Below the pieces are notes generated by a model. That model searched no databases, was not told where the DNA came from, and saw only the letters and a program-made list of their open reading frames with translations. Shown here one piece after another: positions 62,208 through 64,000 of a DNA stretch of 64,000 nt. Every line of letters begins with the position of its first letter. Within the stretch, counting starts at the first letter, position 1. The translations under genes were made by a program, and so were the position numbers. This DNA comes from Anaerolineae bacterium (lineage in GTDB: Bacteria; Chloroflexota; Anaerolineae; Aggregatilineales; UBA3940), in NCBI GenBank assembly GCA_034435035.1, contig DAOTXW010000079.1, positions 1,551 through 65,550 of the forward strand. Reading direction: 5' to 3'.

Positions 62208-62597
62208 GTGCCGCGCTACGACTATCGGTGCCGGGAGTGCCGGCATACTTTCACACTAACGTTCGCCACGTACCGGCTGGTCGATGAATCAACCCCGGCC
62301 TGCCCTCGCTGCGGCTCGCTTTCGCTCAGCCGGCTGATCCGGCGTGTGGCGCTGATGACAGGCGAAGAGACACGGCTTGAGCGGCTGTCGGATCCCGCTC
62401 GCCTGGCCGGAATCGACGAGGATGATCCCCGTGCTATGGCGCGCTTCATGCGTGAAATGGCAGGAGAGATCGGTGAGGACTCCGGCCCGGAGTTCAACGA
62501 GGTCGTCGAACGCCTGGAAGCCGGCGAAAGCATGGAATCGATAGAAAACTCGCTGCCGCCACCTGACGCTCCGGCGTCAGCCGGGCAGGACATCTAA
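62208..62597 (+). CDS. FmdB-family zinc-ribbon protein
   Basis: MPRYDYRCRECRHTF...CPRCGS (CxxC...CxxC) is the family-defining N-terminus, followed by an acidic C-terminal tail. Confidence 0.7.
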   Translation: MPRYDYRCRECRHTFTLTFATYRLVDESTPACPRCGSLSLSRLIRRVALMTGEETRLERLSDPARLAGIDEDDPRAMARFMREMAGEIGEDSGPEFNEVVERLEAGESMESIENSLPPPDAPASAGQDI

Positions 62598-63229
62598 ACG
62601 GCGGAACCTGCCAGCCTGTTCAGAGCTAACGCCCTGATCTCTGCCTGCACGGCCTCAATGTCCCGGGCGGCATCGATGACAAGCCAGCGGTCCGGCTCTG
62701 CCGCCGCCAGCTTCCGGTAGCCGCTGTGCACTCGCCGGTGAAAATCCAGAGCCATTTTGTCCAGTCGGTTCCACTCGGCGGCTTCATCACGCTGGCGGCG
62801 GCGCAGCCCTTCCACCGGGTCGATATCCAGGTAGAATGTCAGATCCGGGCGCAAGCCGCCGGTGGCAAACCGGGTGATCTGCTGAAGTGCTGCCAGATCA
62901 AGCCCATGTCCATAGCCCTGATAGGCGAATGTGCTGTCATAAAACCGGTCGCACAGAACGACCTGACCGCGTTCAAGCGCAGGTCGCAGAACCTCCGCTA
63001 CCAGCTGAGCGCGTGAAGCAGAATACAGGAGTATCTCTGCCTGTGGGCTCATGGCTTCATGGGCAGGATCGTGCAGCACTTCCCGGATGCGCTCGCCGAT
63101 CACCGTGCCGCCTGGCTCTCGTGTCTGCATAACTGGCAGGCCCTGCTGGCCCAGATAATCTGCCAGCAGGGCGATCTGAGTGGTTTTCCCACAGCCGTCA
63201 GGCCCCTCAAAAGTGATCAGCATGCGCAT
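62594..63229 (-). CDS. tmk: Thymidylate kinase
   Basis: ITFEGPDGCGKTTQ P-loop, TREPGGT, and the DRFYDSTFAYQG (DRY-like) motif; 211 aa. Confidence 0.9.
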   Translation of the reverse strand: MRMLITFEGPDGCGKTTQIALLADYLGQQGLPVMQTREPGGTVIGERIREVLHDPAHEAMSPQAEILLYSASRAQLVAEVLRPALERGQVVLCDRFYDSTFAYQGYGHGLDLAALQQITRFATGGLRPDLTFYLDIDPVEGLRRRQRDEAAEWNRLDKMALDFHRRVHSGYRKLAAAEPDRWLVIDAARDIEAVQAEIRALALNRLAGSAV

Positions 63230-64000
63230 CTATTCCCGGTAGATCCGGACATAGCGCTCTGGCTCCTTGCCATAACTGTGCGACATGAGGTTAGCCTGGC
63301 GCACCATTTCATGCTGCTGCCGCCGAATGCTGGACTTCTGCGGCTGGAGGTCCACTGCACTCGCCGCTCCGGTCAGAACGGTGTCGATCCCCTCCTGCGC
63401 TTCGCGCATGGCTCTGGCCAGCGGATCGTCCTGATCCATCTTGATCCCGAACAGGTCAACCAGAAAGTCCTCCATCTGCGTTACCGTATTGGAACGCAGG
63501 ACATAGATCGGTATCCCCCGCTGCTCCGCGTCGGATACCAGGCGCGGACGGCGACGGTAGAAGTTCTTGAGGGTCAGGAGTGCATCAGCCTCATTGAGTG
63601 AATCAACCACGCTCAACGATAGCCTGAACCGCCGGGCGGACTCGATCAGGCGGTTGCGTGCTACGCCATAGGCATAGACACGCAGCATCTTCTGGCTGGT
63701 TGGGCTGGTCGATGCGCCAGCAACAGCTTCCGGATCAACCGGAGCGACCCGGTTATTCTCCCGAACGGCCGGAGGAGCCTGGCTCAAACGCCCCGCCGGA
63801 GGATAGGATGCATCCTGGCCCGCGCCCTTGCGCCCCTTGCGGCCATTACCGTAAGCGGCTTCCGGTGGCTCCGGAGCTTTAGTGATGCTTATCTGCCCAT
63901 CCGCCCCGCGCTGCCGGATTTCGGGTAGCAGCGGCCGACCCCGCAGCAGCATATCAACGGCCAGCGCCACATCATGGTGAATATGCAGAAGCGTACGCTC
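63230..64000 (-). CDS. R3H-domain nucleic-acid-binding protein, C-terminal part (N-terminus outside the window)
   Basis: The frame stays open from the GTG at 63970 to the window edge (ERTLLHIHHD upstream). The C-terminal R3H-like motif reads IRRQQHEMV...SHSYGKEPERYVRIY (RxxxH ... G-x-EP-x-R-x-V). The upstream part may be a SpoIIIAA-like ATPase, but that is not visible here. Confidence 0.55.
   Translation of the reverse strand, partial: ERTLLHIHHDVALAVDMLLRGRPLLPEIRQRGADGQISITKAPEPPEAAYGNGRKGRKGAGQDASYPPAGRLSQAPPAVRENNRVAPVDPEAVAGASTSPTSQKMLRVYAYGVARNRLIESARRFRLSLSVVDSLNEADALLTLKNFYRRRPRLVSDAEQRGIPIYVLRSNTVTQMEDFLVDLFGIKMDQDDPLARAMREAQEGIDTVLTGAASAVDLQPQKSSIRRQQHEMVRQANLMSHSYGKEPERYVRIYRE

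Noticed and set aside
1-64000. Search for CRISPR arrays, tRNA/rRNA genes and transposases
   Set aside because: No regularly spaced direct repeats were seen, no intergenic gap has tRNA-like cloverleaf potential, and there are no transposase or integrase-like translations in the ORF track. The largest non-coding gaps (2494-2742, 20423-20654, 31907-32133, 36569-36819, 46985-47322) look like promoter or leader regions. A covariance-model scan was not possible.

Overview
High-GC bacterial chromosomal window (Chloroflexota-like monoderm is only my guess from gene content). I support about 53 protein-coding genes. By eye I found no rRNA, tRNA, CRISPR array, transposase or integrase. All calls rest on reading the supplied translations and the DNA; no search or computation was run. 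Layout: (1) 1-3450: the 3' part of ftsK and an orphan, atypical OmpR-type response regulator. (2) 3527-36568: 25 consecutive minus-strand genes forming a ~33 kb glycan biosynthesis and decoration cluster. It holds a WecA/TagO-like initiating transferase, 8 GT-B and 3 GT2 glycosyltransferases, and 3 large GT-C (ArnT/PMT-like) membrane enzymes. It also holds 2 AsnB-like amidotransferases, 2 SDR epimerases, a bi-domain oxidoreductase next to a cytoplasmic heparinase II/III-like protein, a methyltransferase and a NodU/CmcH carbamoyltransferase. No recognisable flippase, polymerase or exporter is present. (3) 36820-41548: bifunctional nuclease, dnaB, a DnaD-domain protein, an internally duplicated DnaC/DnaI-like loader ATPase, and a thioredoxin-like lipoprotein. 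(4) 41627-46984: a BMP-family (nucleoside-type) ABC importer whose ATPase carries a ~100-aa hydrophobic insertion. (5) 47323-55139: the most unusual locus, a five-gene minus-strand operon. It encodes a TerY-like vWA protein, then two PP2C-like phosphatase / atypical Ser/Thr-kinase pairs. One pair is C-tail membrane-anchored. The other is soluble and decorated with FN3-like modules (7 on the phosphatase, 1 on the kinase). (6) 55275-64000: housekeeping genes (thioesterase, HEAT-repeat protein, dtd, CNNM/CorC transporter, MEMO-like protein, rhomboid, FmdB zinc ribbon, tmk, partial R3H protein). Many long ORFs antisense to these genes are rejected as high-GC artefacts.
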